DNA of 63,498 bases, filler included, from Octopus bimaculoides (lineage: Eukaryota), in the NCBI RefSeq assembly GCF_001194135.2. It is 7 parts of 7 records of this genome, joined end to end, with 100 filler letters (N's around TTAATTAATTAA, not from the genome) between each part and the next. Parts side by side here need not be neighbours in the genome. Positions count along the whole stretch, not along the records: positions 28,494 to 34,608 come from NC_068999.1; positions 34,709 to 38,384 come from NW_026405330.1; positions 38,485 to 51,773 come from NC_068983.1; 4 more parts are not named here. One strand, given 5' to 3'. Below are positions 32,978 through 45,997 of this stretch, one piece after another; positions within the stretch are counted from its first letter, which is position 1, and the number at the start of each line of letters is the position of its first letter. The notes under the pieces are model-generated. The model saw nothing but the letters and a program-made list of their open reading frames with translations, was not told the origin of the DNA and did not search any database. Position numbers and translations under genes: made by a program.

Positions 32978-34360
32978 NNNNNNNNNNNNNNNNNNNNNNN
33001 NNNNNNNNNNNNNNNNNNNNNNNNNNNNNNNNNNNNNNNNNNNNNNNNNNNNNNNNNNNNNNNNNNNNNNNNNNNNNNNNNNNNNNNNNNNNNNNNNNNN
33101 NNNNNNNNNNNNNNNNNNNNNNNNNNNNNNNNNNNNNNNNNNNNNNNNNNNNNNNNNNNNNNNNNNNNNNNNNNNNNNNNNNNNNNNNNNNNNNNNNNNN
33201 NNNNNNNNNNNNNNNNNNNNNNNNNNNNNNNNNNNNNNNNNNNNNNNNNNNNNNNNNNNNNNNNNNNNNNNNNNNNNNNNNNNNNNNNNNNNNNNNNNNN
33301 NNNNNNNNNNNNNNNNNNNNNNNNNNNNNNNNNNNNNNNNNNNNNNNNNNNNNNNNNNNNNNNNNNNNNNNNNNNNNNNNNNNNNNNNNNNNNNNNNNNN
33401 NNNNNNNNNNNNNNNNNNNNNNNNNNGGTTTTATTGTTGTAGCGATGTGTGTTATGGTGCAACGTCGTGATCGCCAGTTTGTAACGATAAAGTTTTTAGT
33501 TGAAGTCGAGGGTCACCACTTGTACGATAATAATTTGTTTGTAGCGATGATAATTTTGTGTAGTTACCAATTGTAACGATTAAATATTTGTTGTTATAAC
33601 GACATGTTGCAGGATGCGAAAGATGAGCAATTCATGAAGTTTTTAAGAAAATATTTATTTACCGTTATGTTACAATACCTTACCACAACAGGCAGGTTAT
33701 AATATATCCATAAACATGCGAAGTAAAGCTTGTGTTTGTGTCCTCTTAATTGTTTAGTAGTAATCCACAGAGAGAGAGAGAGAGAGATAACGGTGTTGTA
33801 AAAGAATAGAATCAGAGCTAGTATGAGTTGTAGGGTTGTGGAACGTTGTCTCATAAGTGCTGACAGTAAAAAAGTCGTGATTATAGCAGTCTGTTCCCTA
33901 ACTAATTGAGTTGTCAGGAGCTGCTTCGCTGTTATTGCCAAGTGACTACTTCTCGTTGAGTCGTAACCGACTGGTAACTAAACTGGCTGAGTCGTCACTG
34001 ACTGGTGACTAAACTAAATTTTTCTTGGGGTGTCCTTGCTTTTATAACAATCCAGACGGATAGATACATTATTGAGAACAATAGATTTAGTTGGTGGTCT
34101 TGTTATCTCTATTCTAGCTTTTAGTGGAGTAGAAGAGGTTAGGAAGGGTCAAGTGGTGAAGACATTATTTCGGCCTAGCTAAAGGCATCTGGAAAATATA
34201 AGACTGCTGTCAGAGAAAGACCATTGTTCCACCATGGGAAGAGATCTGTTGCAGTGTTAATTTAAATTTGGCTATGGTGGATCGAATCCACTTCATGCAT
34301 GCAAGATCCACTACATATATTATATGTGTGAATGTATGTACATATATGTGTGTATATATA

Positions 34361-34608
34361 TCTATATATATAAAAATGAGAATGTGTGTCTGTCTGGCTG
34401 TCTGTCTGTCTGTCTGTGTGAATCCCTAAAACTCGAGAACTACGCAACCAATTTCATTCAAATTTTACACATGCCTTACTTAGGGTTCCAGTTGTGTTTT
34501 AGTCCAAAAAAATTATTAACTTCTTGCAGAGTTCGAGCACACGGCAACATAATATCTCCTCCACTATTTAAGTATTACGTGTCAAAAGTGAAACAAAAAC
34601 ACTCATGT
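34361..34608 (+). mobile_element. Helitron 5' end (non-autonomous type) with (GTCT)n
   Basis: A|TCTATATATATAAAAATGAGAATG-(gtct)n-gaatccctaaaactcgagaactacgc; near-identical to 56584-56926. Confidence 0.8.
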
Positions 34609-34708
34609 NNNNNNNNNNNNNNNNNNNNNNNNNNNNNNNNNNNNNNNNNNNNTTAATTAATTAANNNNNNNNNNNNNNNNNNNNNNNNNNNNNNNNNNNN
34701 NNNNNNNN
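34609..34708. other. Artificial scaffold-join spacer
   Basis: 44N-TTAATTAATTAA-44N. Confidence 0.97.
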
Positions 34709-34747
<39 letters not shown>

Positions 34748-35320
34748 ATATATATGCGCATATATATAGATATACATATACGTATTTATATATATGTATA
34801 TACATATGTGTATATATGTATGTATGTATATAGGTATACACACACACACACTCACACACACATACACATATATATATATACATACATGCACACACGCACA
34901 CAAACTCCCCCACATATATCTAAACACACACACACACACACACACACATATAAGGAAAGCAAACTTGGCATGTTGAAGGTGAGAAGGGGAAATGCTAATG
35001 CGTGACAGAGATAGGAACTGTCACGATTCAGTCGGTCAACGTTTTCATTTAGACGATAGTTTTGGTTTTTCTCACGAATATTTGATTCTCTGGAAGTGTG
35101 AGCTTTGCTTATAAAGCCAACGGCTTTTCAATAAATTGCTTCACTCTATTTTACAAACTGTCGAGTGATTTGTTGACAATTAGTTGATATTATTTTTTTA
35201 ATTCTTTCTTTTTTATCTAAAGTTTATTTGTTGTTTCAGTTTATATACCAAGGTATATGTATGTATGCTTCTGTGTGCACGCGTGTCTGTGCTTCTGTAT
35301 GTCTATTATGTTTATGTAGT

Positions 35321-35392
<72 letters not shown>

Positions 35393-35928
35393 CATATATA
35401 TACCTACATAAACATAGATACACACGCGTGCGCAAACACACAAGCACACACTTGCGCACACACGCGCATACTCATTGAAACATCCCCACAGATATTCATA
35501 TATGTTTGTATATAAAAGTGGATGTGTGTGTGTGAATGTATGTATATATAAATATACATGTATATATATACACACACGCACGCATATATAAATATATGTG
35601 TGTCTACGTGTATATATATACACGCATACGTATACATATATATACATACATATATATACATATAGACATAAATATTTATAAAATATATAAATATACATAC
35701 ATGTGTGTACGATATCCACATGCAAACGTGTATTCATAAACATGCACGCACACACTCACACACATATACAAGTGTATACATACGCATACTTTTCATTAGA
35801 AGCTTTTGTCTTCTAATGAAATATACACTCTACATACATATCGAGCATTATTTCTTCGTTTGCAAATACATCAACAAACGCAGACAACACACACAAATAA
35901 GCTTGCAGACAAATACACAGACAGACAA

Positions 35929-35961
<33 letters not shown>

Positions 35962-36299
35962 TANNNNNNNNNNNNNNNNNNNNNNNNNNNNNNNNNNNNN
36001 NNNNNNNNNNNNNNNNNNNNNNNNNNNNNNNNNNNNNNNNNNNNNNNNNNNNNNNNNNNNNNNNNNNNNNNNNNNNNNNNNNNNNNNNNNNNNNNNNNNN
36101 NNNNNNNNNNNNNNNNNNNNNNNNNNNNNNNNNNNNNNNNNNNNNNNNNNNNNNNNNNNNNNNNNNNNNNNNNNNNNTATATATATGTATGTATGTATGT
36201 ATGTATGAATGTATGTATGTATGTATGCGTGTGTGTGTATGTGTATCTATGAGTGTGTGTGTGTATGTATGTATGTATGTATGTATGTATATGTGCAGA

Positions 36300-37430
36300 T
36301 TTGTATGTTTAGTTTTGTGTACGTATTCTCATGCATATAGTTGCATATCTAGACATGCTATTATCTATATTCAAATGATACACTTCAAGAAAGTCTTGCA
36401 GATTTTTACACTTCCCATTGATGGATTGGATCTGTAGTCTTCGAATTAGCTTTCTCCTTTCTGGTTTTGAGAAACCTAATATCGCAAGATTGGTATCTAG
36501 GCAGTGTATTACATATCCCAGGGCCCCAATAATTACAGATATAAACCTGAACTTGTAATCTGGATAGAGCAAATGCAAATCTCTTAATAGTTCAGCATAG
36601 GTGTTCTCATTTTGACTGATCTTCATGTTAACATCCACTGGGCAGCTAATTTCTACAACTGTACACAGTTCCTCTTCTCAGTCCCAAATTACTGTGTCAG
36701 ATTTTCTCTGGGACATTCCATCAGTACTCCTTTTTATTATAGGTGCCTATGGTTATTATGGCTACCATATTGTAGATTCTCATTTCTTTGACCGCGGGTT
36801 TATCCTTCCGACGGATCTCATTATGCAGTGTCCTAGCTACAACGTCATGTCTCATCGGTAGATAATACCGTGATGACATTTTTGGACTGCTGTTAATGAT
36901 GTGGGTGATATTTTCGATGTTAACTCCGCAAAGTTAACATTGGTTATCAATTTTTTCTGCTTTTCCTGCATCTCTGCTTCTTTTGTGCATCAAGTACTTG
37001 GTTGATATTTCCTGTTCCTGGATTGCAAACGCATACCATTCAAATTGTAAGGTAGTAATCCGACTATTCGTCCATGATAGACTGCTTTGATGATCGATGT
37101 TACTATCATTACAGTGTTTTCTACTAACATATCCATGTATAGTCTTCTGCTCATATAGGCTTATCTTTTCATCTGATGATACATTGCAATAGAGTCTTGA
37201 AACTTCTTTGGGCATGTTTTTAAGGTCATCAGACAAAGAATGCTACTCAAAGAGCTGCTTTGCAAGTCTCATGATGCTATCAGCCATATTAATGCAAACT
37301 AGGTCAAGAGATGTACTTCGCCACTTGGTGGTTAGAAGATATTGCCAAATGGATATATGTAATACAACATTCAAAGGCATTTTGGATCGATGTTAAATCT
37401 CTGCCGCCTTATTTTCGTTTTAGGTAGAGG
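36300..37430 (-). mobile_element. R4/Dong-like non-LTR retrotransposon 3' fragment (CCHC knuckle + restriction-like endonuclease)
   Basis: FAIQEQEISTKY, C*LCGVNIENITHIINSS (degenerate CCHC), RHDVVA, DTVIWD..CTVVEISCPVD (PD-(D/E)xK-type REL), FISVIIGALGY, VKICKTFL. Stops and frameshifts present. Confidence 0.8.
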
Positions 37431-38384
37431 CAGTCAACGTAACTGTTGGATGTAGAAATTATGTGTGCTTGTTAGTATCTACCGGGTTTTCACATCAATG
37501 TGAAAACCCGGATCACTTAAGAAGAAGAAGAAGAAGAAGAAGTGTTTAAAACTTAAATGTCTTCGAAGAAGAAAAAGAAGAAGAAGAAGAAGAAGAAACA
37601 ATTGTTTGTTATCATTAAATTCAGTACTTGGCCGGTGCTTCAGTTATCGGCGAGGAAAAAACGAAAGGCAAAGTTGCCTACAATGGGATTTGAACTCACA
37701 ACGTAAATAGCTGGGACGAAATATCGCAAGGTTTTCGTTCGTCGCTCTAATACTCCTACTAACCAACCATATGTTTAAATATGGCATGTTTATTTGTACG
37801 TCCGAATAAGAAGAACAAAGAAAGAAAAGAAAAAAAGATATACATTAGCATTAAAGTCATACATTCCCGAAAACGCGTATACACAAAAGCTGTGGAAATG
37901 CCGGTGTGTGTGTGTGTGTGTGTGTGTGCTTTGCGCTGTGGAACGGTGTTTATCTGTACGTCTTCGCGTCCATGTTAAAAGTGTTTGAAACTTAAATGTC
38001 TTCGTGTTTTGCGTGTGTATTTGTCAATTTGAAGTGTTTACAACCATTCCTGTTAGTTTTGAAGAAAAACAGCAACAGGAAAATGACCCTGATGTTGATA
38101 TTCTTCGCTGACGAAAATATAAATATCTTCGCTTTAAACTATTCCTGACCCTTTAGAATTGAAAAAAATCAAAGACAAAAACAAAATGCAAAATAAATAT
38201 AAAGTATAAATAAATAAAAATAAATAATTAAAATGCAATAAAATGAGTGCGATGTGTGAAACGAAGTAAAAAACAGAAAATAATAGATTTAAAATACAAG
38301 TTCTTTTTGGTGAAAGATTATATGTACTTAGGGGCATACATATATACATGGTGGTTGTCTACTCCTTAAACAGAGTTTGACCAC

Positions 38385-38484
38385 NNNNNNNNNNNNNNNN
38401 NNNNNNNNNNNNNNNNNNNNNNNNNNNNTTAATTAATTAANNNNNNNNNNNNNNNNNNNNNNNNNNNNNNNNNNNNNNNNNNNN
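38385..38484. other. Artificial scaffold-join spacer
   Basis: 44N-TTAATTAATTAA-44N. Confidence 0.97.
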
Positions 38485-38708
38485 GCTAACGTTTCTGCCA
38501 GCTCGCTAACGTCTCTGCCAGCTCTCTAACGTTTCTGCCAGCGTGCTAACGTTTCTGCCAGCGTGCTAACGTTTCTGCCAGCTCGCTAACGTTTATGCCA
38601 GCGTGCTAACGTTTCTGCCAGCGTGCTAACGTTTCTGCCAGCTCGCTAACGTTTCTGCCAGCTCGCTAACGTTTCTGCCCGCTCGCTAACGTTTCTGCCA
38701 GCTCGCCG
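38485..38708 (-). repeat. 20-bp minisatellite (11 units) made from the SINE A head
   Basis: GCTAACGTTTCTGCCAGCTC/GCGT units. The last unit continues GCCG, matching the reverse complement of the SINE A 5' end GGCGGCGAGCTGGCAGAAACGTTAGC. Confidence 0.9.
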
Positions 38709-39327
38709 TTTTCCTTTCCCAGGACACTCTTCGAAACGCCAGTGTTAAAATGGAGGCAGCTGATGAAGGAAATGCTCTCTATGTGGCCTGTGTATTTTTC
38801 CGTACTTTGTTTATGATTTGTCTACGTTTTGTTTGCAACGTCCTGTACCCAGATATGCATCTTTATATACAGGCAGATGTAGGTATTTACATACATGTAT
38901 GTATATATGCATATACTCTTTTATTGTTTATATTATCAGCTAAACTACATTATCGTATATTAAAAAAAAGATTTAAAGAAAAGGAGAAAGAAAGGAAGAA
39001 GGAAATCGTTCAGGTGTGGTTTGAATGGGGTTTAACAGCTATATCTGACACGTCAAGTATATATTTAATACCGATAGGGTAGAGTAATAGTGCATATGCC
39101 ACCTCTGTTCAATATGTGGCATATTCAAAGCCATTCCAGCCGTGACACTCCTGTCTTTTTCTGCTAGACACTACATCCAGTACCATATTCTATAGTTTCT
39201 TATAGTTATTTTTTTAGGATGGCATGAAGTGATTTGAGGGAGTTTCAGCTGCTACTTTTCAGAGGTCGAGCGATTACATAGAGACCTTCTCTACGAAAAA
39301 GAAGAAAGGCAAAAGTAAATTCCCTGC

Positions 39328-39368
<41 letters not shown>

Positions 39369-39589
39369 CAGTAGTAATAGTAGTAGTAGTAGTAGTGAAT
39401 GTAGTGGTGGTTAATATTAGTAGTAGTAGTGAATGTAATGGTGGTAAGAGTAGTAGTAGTTACGATGGGGATGGTGGAAGTAGTCGTAGAAGTAGTAGTA
39501 GTAGTAGTGGTGATCTTCGTAGTAGTAGTGGTCGTCGTCGTAGTAGTAGTAGAAGTGGTGGTAGTGGTGGTGGTGGTGGTAGTAGTAGA

Positions 39590-39652
<63 letters not shown>

Positions 39653-39785
39653 TTTACTGGCTGCTACTATTGTTTCTTTAGTTATTGTTGATAGTGCTAC
39701 TGCGAGTTCTGCTGTTGTTGTCGGTGGTGGTGGTGGTGGTGGTGATGTGGCTGTGGTTGTTGTTGTTATTGTTGTTGTAGTGATC
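39328..39785. repeat. Compound (TAG)n/(TGG)n/(TTG)n trinucleotide region
   Basis: Visible directly in the sequence. Confidence 0.9.
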
Positions 39786-40003
39786 GTCACGTTGCTATCG
39801 GAGCGAAAATCTAAATAGAAAAAGGAAATTTGATGCCGAAGAAAATTCCGATGGTGGACACAGATCGCTAAATGAAAACATGCAAAGACTTGACATGTCA
39901 AATTGTAACAATACATGGAGAGAGAGAGAGAGAAAGAGAGATGAGAGAGATGATGATGTGAGAATGTGTGCGGTATGTATATATATATATATATATATAT
40001 ATG

Positions 40004-40048
<45 letters not shown>

Positions 40049-40618
40049 TCGGAGACCGGGTAGGTCGTGTGAGTCAAGCTTGAAGTCGTGAGGAAGTGAA
40101 GAGTAGAACAAATGAAAGGGAAACAGAAGAGAAGTGAGGTTACTCTCTCTGTGTCTGTGACTGTCTCTATCTCTAACTATACATATATCTGAACATGCAT
40201 GCATACATACATACATACATACATACATACATACATACATACACATATACATACATATATATATATATATATATACACATACACACACATACGTGTACAT
40301 GTTTGTATATATATGTATNNNNNNNNNNNNNNNNNNNNNNNNNNNNNNNNNNNNNNNNNNNNNNNNNNNNNNNNNNNNNNNNNNNNNNNNNNNNNNNNNN
40401 NNNNNNNNNNNNNNNNNNNNNNNNNNNNNNNNNNNNNNNNNNNNNNNNNNNNNNNNNNNNNNNNATATATGTGCGTATTGTGTATGTATGCCAGCGTGTT
40501 TTTATGTATTTACGAAGGGTGTCAGAAATTAATAAAGAGAAAATGAATGACATGACGTGGTAGGTCACACACAAGAAGAAGTATACACCCATATATGCAT
40601 GTGCGCTTGTGTGTGTGA

Positions 40619-40658
<40 letters not shown>

Positions 40659-40873
40659 ACAGACACTCATACATACATACGTCCACATATATAATTTGTT
40701 TATTTCATTATCGGCTTTACCCGATGCTTAGTAGTATTTCGTGTTGTCAACACTAAATTTGTTGTAAGGCCAATATTAAAATAAACAAATATGTATTCTG
40801 TGTATATAAATATGTGGAGATTTCATTGCTGTATATATAAAATTATATCTACATATACGTATATATGAATATA

Positions 40874-41260
40874 TGCGGCTGTGTGGTAAGAAGCTTACTT
40901 CTTAACCACATAGTTCCGGGTTCAGTCCCACTTGTGTGACACCTCGGACACGCGTCTTATCCTATACTCTCTGAGCGACCAAAGTCTTGTGAATGGATTT
41001 TCTAGACGGCAAGTTGAAGAAGCCTGTCGTATATATTATATGAATATATTTATGTGTATGTGTCATTATGTTTGTATTTGCCCTCCACCGCCGCTTGACT
41101 ACTGGTGCTGGAGTGTTTATGTTCTCGTAACATAGGGTTTCGGCAAAATAGACCTATTGACTAAATGACTGGCTTAAAAAGAAAATAAGTCCTGGGGTTG
41201 ATTTCTTCGACTAGAATCCTTTAAGACAGTACCTCAATTTGGCTGTAATCGAATGACTGA

Positions 41261-41263
<3 letters not shown>
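40874..41263 (+). mobile_element. SINE family B, full length
   Basis: tRNA-like head gcggctgtgtggtaagaagc...gggttcagtccc through to gactgaaac. Confidence 0.9.
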
Positions 41264-41302
<39 letters not shown>

Positions 41303-41304
<2 letters not shown>

Positions 41305-41707
41305 CTCTTTACTCTTTTACTTGTTTCAGTCTTTTGACTGCGGTCATGCTGGAGCACCGCCTTTAGTCGAGCAAATCGACCCCAGGACTTATTCTTTGTA
41401 AGCCTAGTACTTATTCTATCGGTCTCTTATGCCGAACCGCTAAGTTACGGGGACGTAAACACACCAGCATCTGTTGGCAAGTGATGCTGGTGGGACAAAC
41501 ACAGACACACAAACACACATATATATATACATATACATATATACGACGGGCTTCTTTCAGTTTCCGTCTACCAAATCCACTCACAAGGCTTTGGTCGGCC
41601 CGAGGCTATAGCAGAAGGCACTTGCCCAAGGTGCCACGCAGTGGGACTGAACCCGGGACCGTGTGGCTGGTAAGCAAGCTACCTACCACACAGCCACTCC
41701 TGCGCCT
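41303..41707 (-). mobile_element. SINE family B, full length, tail-to-tail with the previous copy
   Basis: ttacttgtttcagtc ... accacacagccactcctgcgcc. Confidence 0.92.
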
Positions 41708-42120
41708 GACTTGTTTCAATGTTATATACATATGTATATACATACATACATATATATGTGTGTGTGTGCATGAGTGTGCGTGTGTGTGTGTATAATCTTT
41801 AATTTTTTCTTTGTTTCAGTTCATGCAATTATGTCCATAGTAGGGCAAAGGCTTAAAATATTTATTCGAACAAACCGACTCCTTTACATATATATATGTT
41901 TTTTTATAATTCTGGTACTTATTCTATTGTTGCCTTCTGCTGAACCGCTACGTTGAGCGGAGGTAAACAAACACCGGTTATTGAGCGCTGGTTTGGGGAC
42001 AAACACAAATAGTAAGCCATACACACACGCACACACACACACACACACACATACACACACAAACAAACCTTAGAAGAATAATTATAAGAGATTTCGTAAT
42101 TGCAAAATACGAACAAAACA

Positions 42121-42501
42121 GTTGTTGTTGGCACTCCGTCGCTTACGACGTCGAGGGTTCCAGTTGATCCAATCAACAGAACAGCCTGCTCGTGAAATTA
42201 ACTTGCAAGTGGCTGAGCACTCCACAGACACGTGTACCCTTAACGTAGTTCTCGGGGATATTCAGAGTGACACAGTGTGACAAGGCTGACCCTTTGAATT
42301 ACAGGTCCAACAGAAACAGGAAGTAAGAGAAAGTCGTGGTGAAAGAGTACAACAGGGTTCGCCGCCAACCCCTGCCGGAGCCTCGTGGAGCTTTAGGTGT
42401 TTTCGCTCAATAAACACTCACAACGCCCGGTCTGGGGATCGAAACCACGATCCTATGACAGCGAGTCCGCTGCCCTAACCACTGGGCCATTGCGCCTCCA
42501 C
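42121..42501 (-). mobile_element. tRNA-derived SINE family D with (AAC)n tail
   Basis: Minus-strand head GGAGGCGCAATGGCCCAGTGGTTAGGGCAGCGGACTC...GGTTTCGATCCC (A and B boxes). Close match to 52794-53162. Confidence 0.9.
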
Positions 42502-43177
42502 ACAAATAAAATAGTAACTCACAAATATATTACACATAAAGTAAGTCACAATTTATACTACAACTTAAACATTATATAGTTCTAATTCTGGTATTGAATA
42601 TTTTATTAGCTCCAACGGTAATCCCAGAATTCATTGTCATCTACGGCAAGTGCATTGACAGCACGCCGTTATTACAATCACTCCGTTCTCATGATGAGAC
42701 CGTGACTTCGAGTATATGAATAGTTAATGGAATAATGGATAAGGGCTAGCTATTGTTAAAATCAAACTTAAACGGAATTTCAAATGTATACTTAGAAAAA
42801 GTATTATATTTCAATTTAGTCGTATCTAACATAACATGCTTGGAAGAAAATATTTCCCTTGTTACATAAATATATATAATGACATATGCATATACATACG
42901 CACACAAACACGCACATCACACACAAACGCACACACTCGCAAATACACATATATCTTTGTGTACAAATATATATAAAGGTCTATGCTTAGTCCCACTACA
43001 TGGCACCCTGAGCAAGTATCTTCTGCTAAAGCCCGGGCCGACCAAGGCCTTGTGAGTGGATTTCGTAGACGTAAAATGAAAGAAGCTAGTCGTACATATA
43101 TGTGTGTGTTTGTGTATTTGTGTTTGACTCTCAATATCGCTTCACAACAAGTGCTAGTTTGTTTACGTCCCTGTAAC

Positions 43178-43226
<49 letters not shown>

Positions 43227-43233
43227 TTGTGTC

Positions 43234-44600
43234 TTAAACCACCTACCAAAGACAATCAATGAAAAGACAATCATGATTTTCTACCATGTTGTAAATCTAT
43301 ACACTAACATGTCACACAACTATGAAATAGATGCAATCAAATTCTGTCTGAAAAATTATCCCGAAGAATTTCTAGTGCGAAGGAACCAGGAATTTATTAT
43401 TGATGCTTTAAAATTTATCCTTCAGAAAATTACTTTCTATTTGATACCACCTACTACCGACAAAAATGAAGAATTGCGATTCATTTTACAATTGCAAATG
43501 CAAAAGAGAGAAAAAGATATATGGATGACTGCTTTATCGTTTGAAATGAGTTTATTGATAAACTATTTGAATTTAAATTACTACTCAATAGTATAAATCC
43601 AAATATTCAGCTTACAATGGAGTAAAACAAAGAACAACTGCTATTCTCTGATATTTTGATAAAAAGAAAGTCAATCAAATCAATTTAAAACCGATATCCA
43701 TTATAAACGAACAGACTCGAAAAAGTACTTGTCATTCGAAACACGTCAAAATAAAGATCCCCTTTAATTTGGTGAAAAGGATTTGCACAATATTACCAAT
43801 AGATGCACAATAGATGTACAATAGATGCAAATACACAGGATCTTTGACTTTAAGACCTTAGACTCACACTAGCCGATAGACACTATCTCCGTTCACTAAT
43901 AGATAATAGGATTAAACATGCCAAGCAAATAGATATCAAAACACTAAGTGAAACAAAACAAAATTCCACACCTCATCTACAGATACTACTCAATATATCG
44001 ACAAACCACCCTGGAAACAATGAAGCATACAACACCATTATTCAAAATTTACCGATGCTCACAAGTGACCCAAAGATAACCTGCTTTCTGGAAGCGCACA
44101 AATACATCAAAAGTAAAATGCAACCTAAATCACTAAAAGAATACTGACAAATGCGGAGTTATACCAAACAACAACGGAACGAATAGTTAAAGGATGCAGG
44201 CGTCAAAACTATGGAACATACTTCAGCATACTGGAACGTTCGGAATTCACTTCAAATAAGGATGATGATTCACAATTAAGTCTAATTTCACTTGTGCATT
44301 TGAAAATTTAATTTATGTGATAGCTTGTTCAGAATGTGGATACTATTATATAAGCCAAACAGGGATGTCACTTAGACGGAGAACTACACTTCATAAGGAA
44401 CAGATTCGTTTCCTAAGGTATAAACAGATATCTTTGAGCGGACACAGAGAAGTGTGCGGGGAATCTCCAACCAAACTTCACGGTTTCTCCCATCTACCAG
44501 TGCAAGGAAATAATCTCTATACAACAACGATTACATAAAGAGCATATATTTATTTAAAAAGACAAACCGAGCATGAATATAAACACATAACCAATTTTAT
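43234..44600 (+). mobile_element. Penelope-like element pseudogene (RT + GIY-YIG)
   Basis: VVNLYTNMSH, FIIDALKFILQ, RYMDDCFIV (YMDD 43518-43529), NPNIQLTME, KTDIHYKRTDSKKYL, KIPFNLVKRICTI, NLIYVIACSECGYYYISQTG (GIY-YIG). Many frameshifts. Confidence 0.9.
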
Positions 44601-44916
44601 ATTTTGCAAATCTTTTAATTCATGAACGCATAGCCAACTTTGTACATATTTTATTTCATTATTTTAATTCATGAATTTATAACTTCATAATATAAATACA
44701 ATATATCTTCCCTGTCTTCTCGTATGGCATCGGGCTGACTAAAGTCTCGTGACTGAATTTGATAAACGGGAACTGAAAGAAGCCAATGATGTGTGTATGT
44801 GTGTGCCATCACTTGATTATCTAAATTTTTCAAGGCACGTGGTACACTAGTATGACCACAGTCCAATGATTGAAATAAAAGGAGGTTAAAAACAAATATG
44901 AACACAATCACACACA

Positions 44917-44995
<79 letters not shown>

Positions 44996-45213
44996 ACACA
45001 CACACACACACACATACACACACACATCCCACCAATATTCACGTCACTGTGTGAGCCAGTCCATTAGCAGTTACGAAAGATTATCTACTCCTATGCGTTT
45101 TATATATAGGAATATATTGCTTATGCATAATTACTTTAAGAGAGCGAAATGTAAATGTTTGAGAGGTACCGTCTTTTCTACTATATGTATGTGTAAATAT
45201 ATACACATACATT

Positions 45214-45250
<37 letters not shown>

Positions 45251-45571
45251 NNNNNNNNNNNNNNNNNNNNNNNNNNNNNNNNNNNNNNNNNNNNNNNNNN
45301 NNNNNNNNNNNNNNNNNNNNNNNNNNNNNNNNNNNNNNNNNNNNNNNNNNNNNNNNNNNNNNNNNNNNNNNNNNNNNNNNNNNNNNNNNNNNNNNNNNNN
45401 NNNNNNNNNNNNNNNNNNNNNNNNNNNNNNNNNNNNNNNNNNNNNNNNNNNNNNNNNNNNNNNNNNNNNNNNNNNNNNNNNNNNNNNNNNNNNNNNNNNN
45501 NNNNNNNNNNNNNNNNNNNNNNNNNNNNNNNNNNNNNNNNNNNNNNNNNNNNNNNNNNNNNNNNNNNNNNN

Positions 45572-45636
<65 letters not shown>

Positions 45637-45942
45637 CTGTGCAATTATAGTATGCATGATTGTATCTATGCAAGTGTGAGTCTAAGTGTTGTGTCTGAAC
45701 GTCTTCTCGTGCTTATGTGTATATTCTACGCCTATGTGTTTTGTGTGTGTGTGTGTGCGTGCGTATCTGTGTGTGTGTGCATGTGAGTGTGTATGTATCT
45801 GTGCCTCCACGTGCATGCTTACAAACACCAAGACGGTTCCCCAATACTCTTGTAACAGTTTATGAGTTGCGCCTTCCCCTGTTGGAATTTAATATGTTTG
45901 CTTTATTGGTATGATATAACCTGAGTATGTATGTATGTATAC

Positions 45943-45997
<55 letters not shown>

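Noticed and set aside
34165-34195. Hammerhead-like ccagatgcc...ggccgaaa on the minus strand
   Set aside because: No CUGANGA core, and the homologous copy at 31200-31240 lacks the pattern.
32861-38708. CRISPR-like arrays (23-bp and 20-bp repeats)
   Set aside because: Units are contiguous with no unique spacers, the context is eukaryotic, and there are no cas genes.
38728-38800. CGAAACG followed by CTGATGAAGG
   Set aside because: The order and pairing do not give a stem II followed by GAAA; at most a PLE-like relic.
39245-40300. 351-aa mucin-like Thr-rich ORF
   Set aside because: Runs across several unrelated microsatellites; no signal peptide or splice support.
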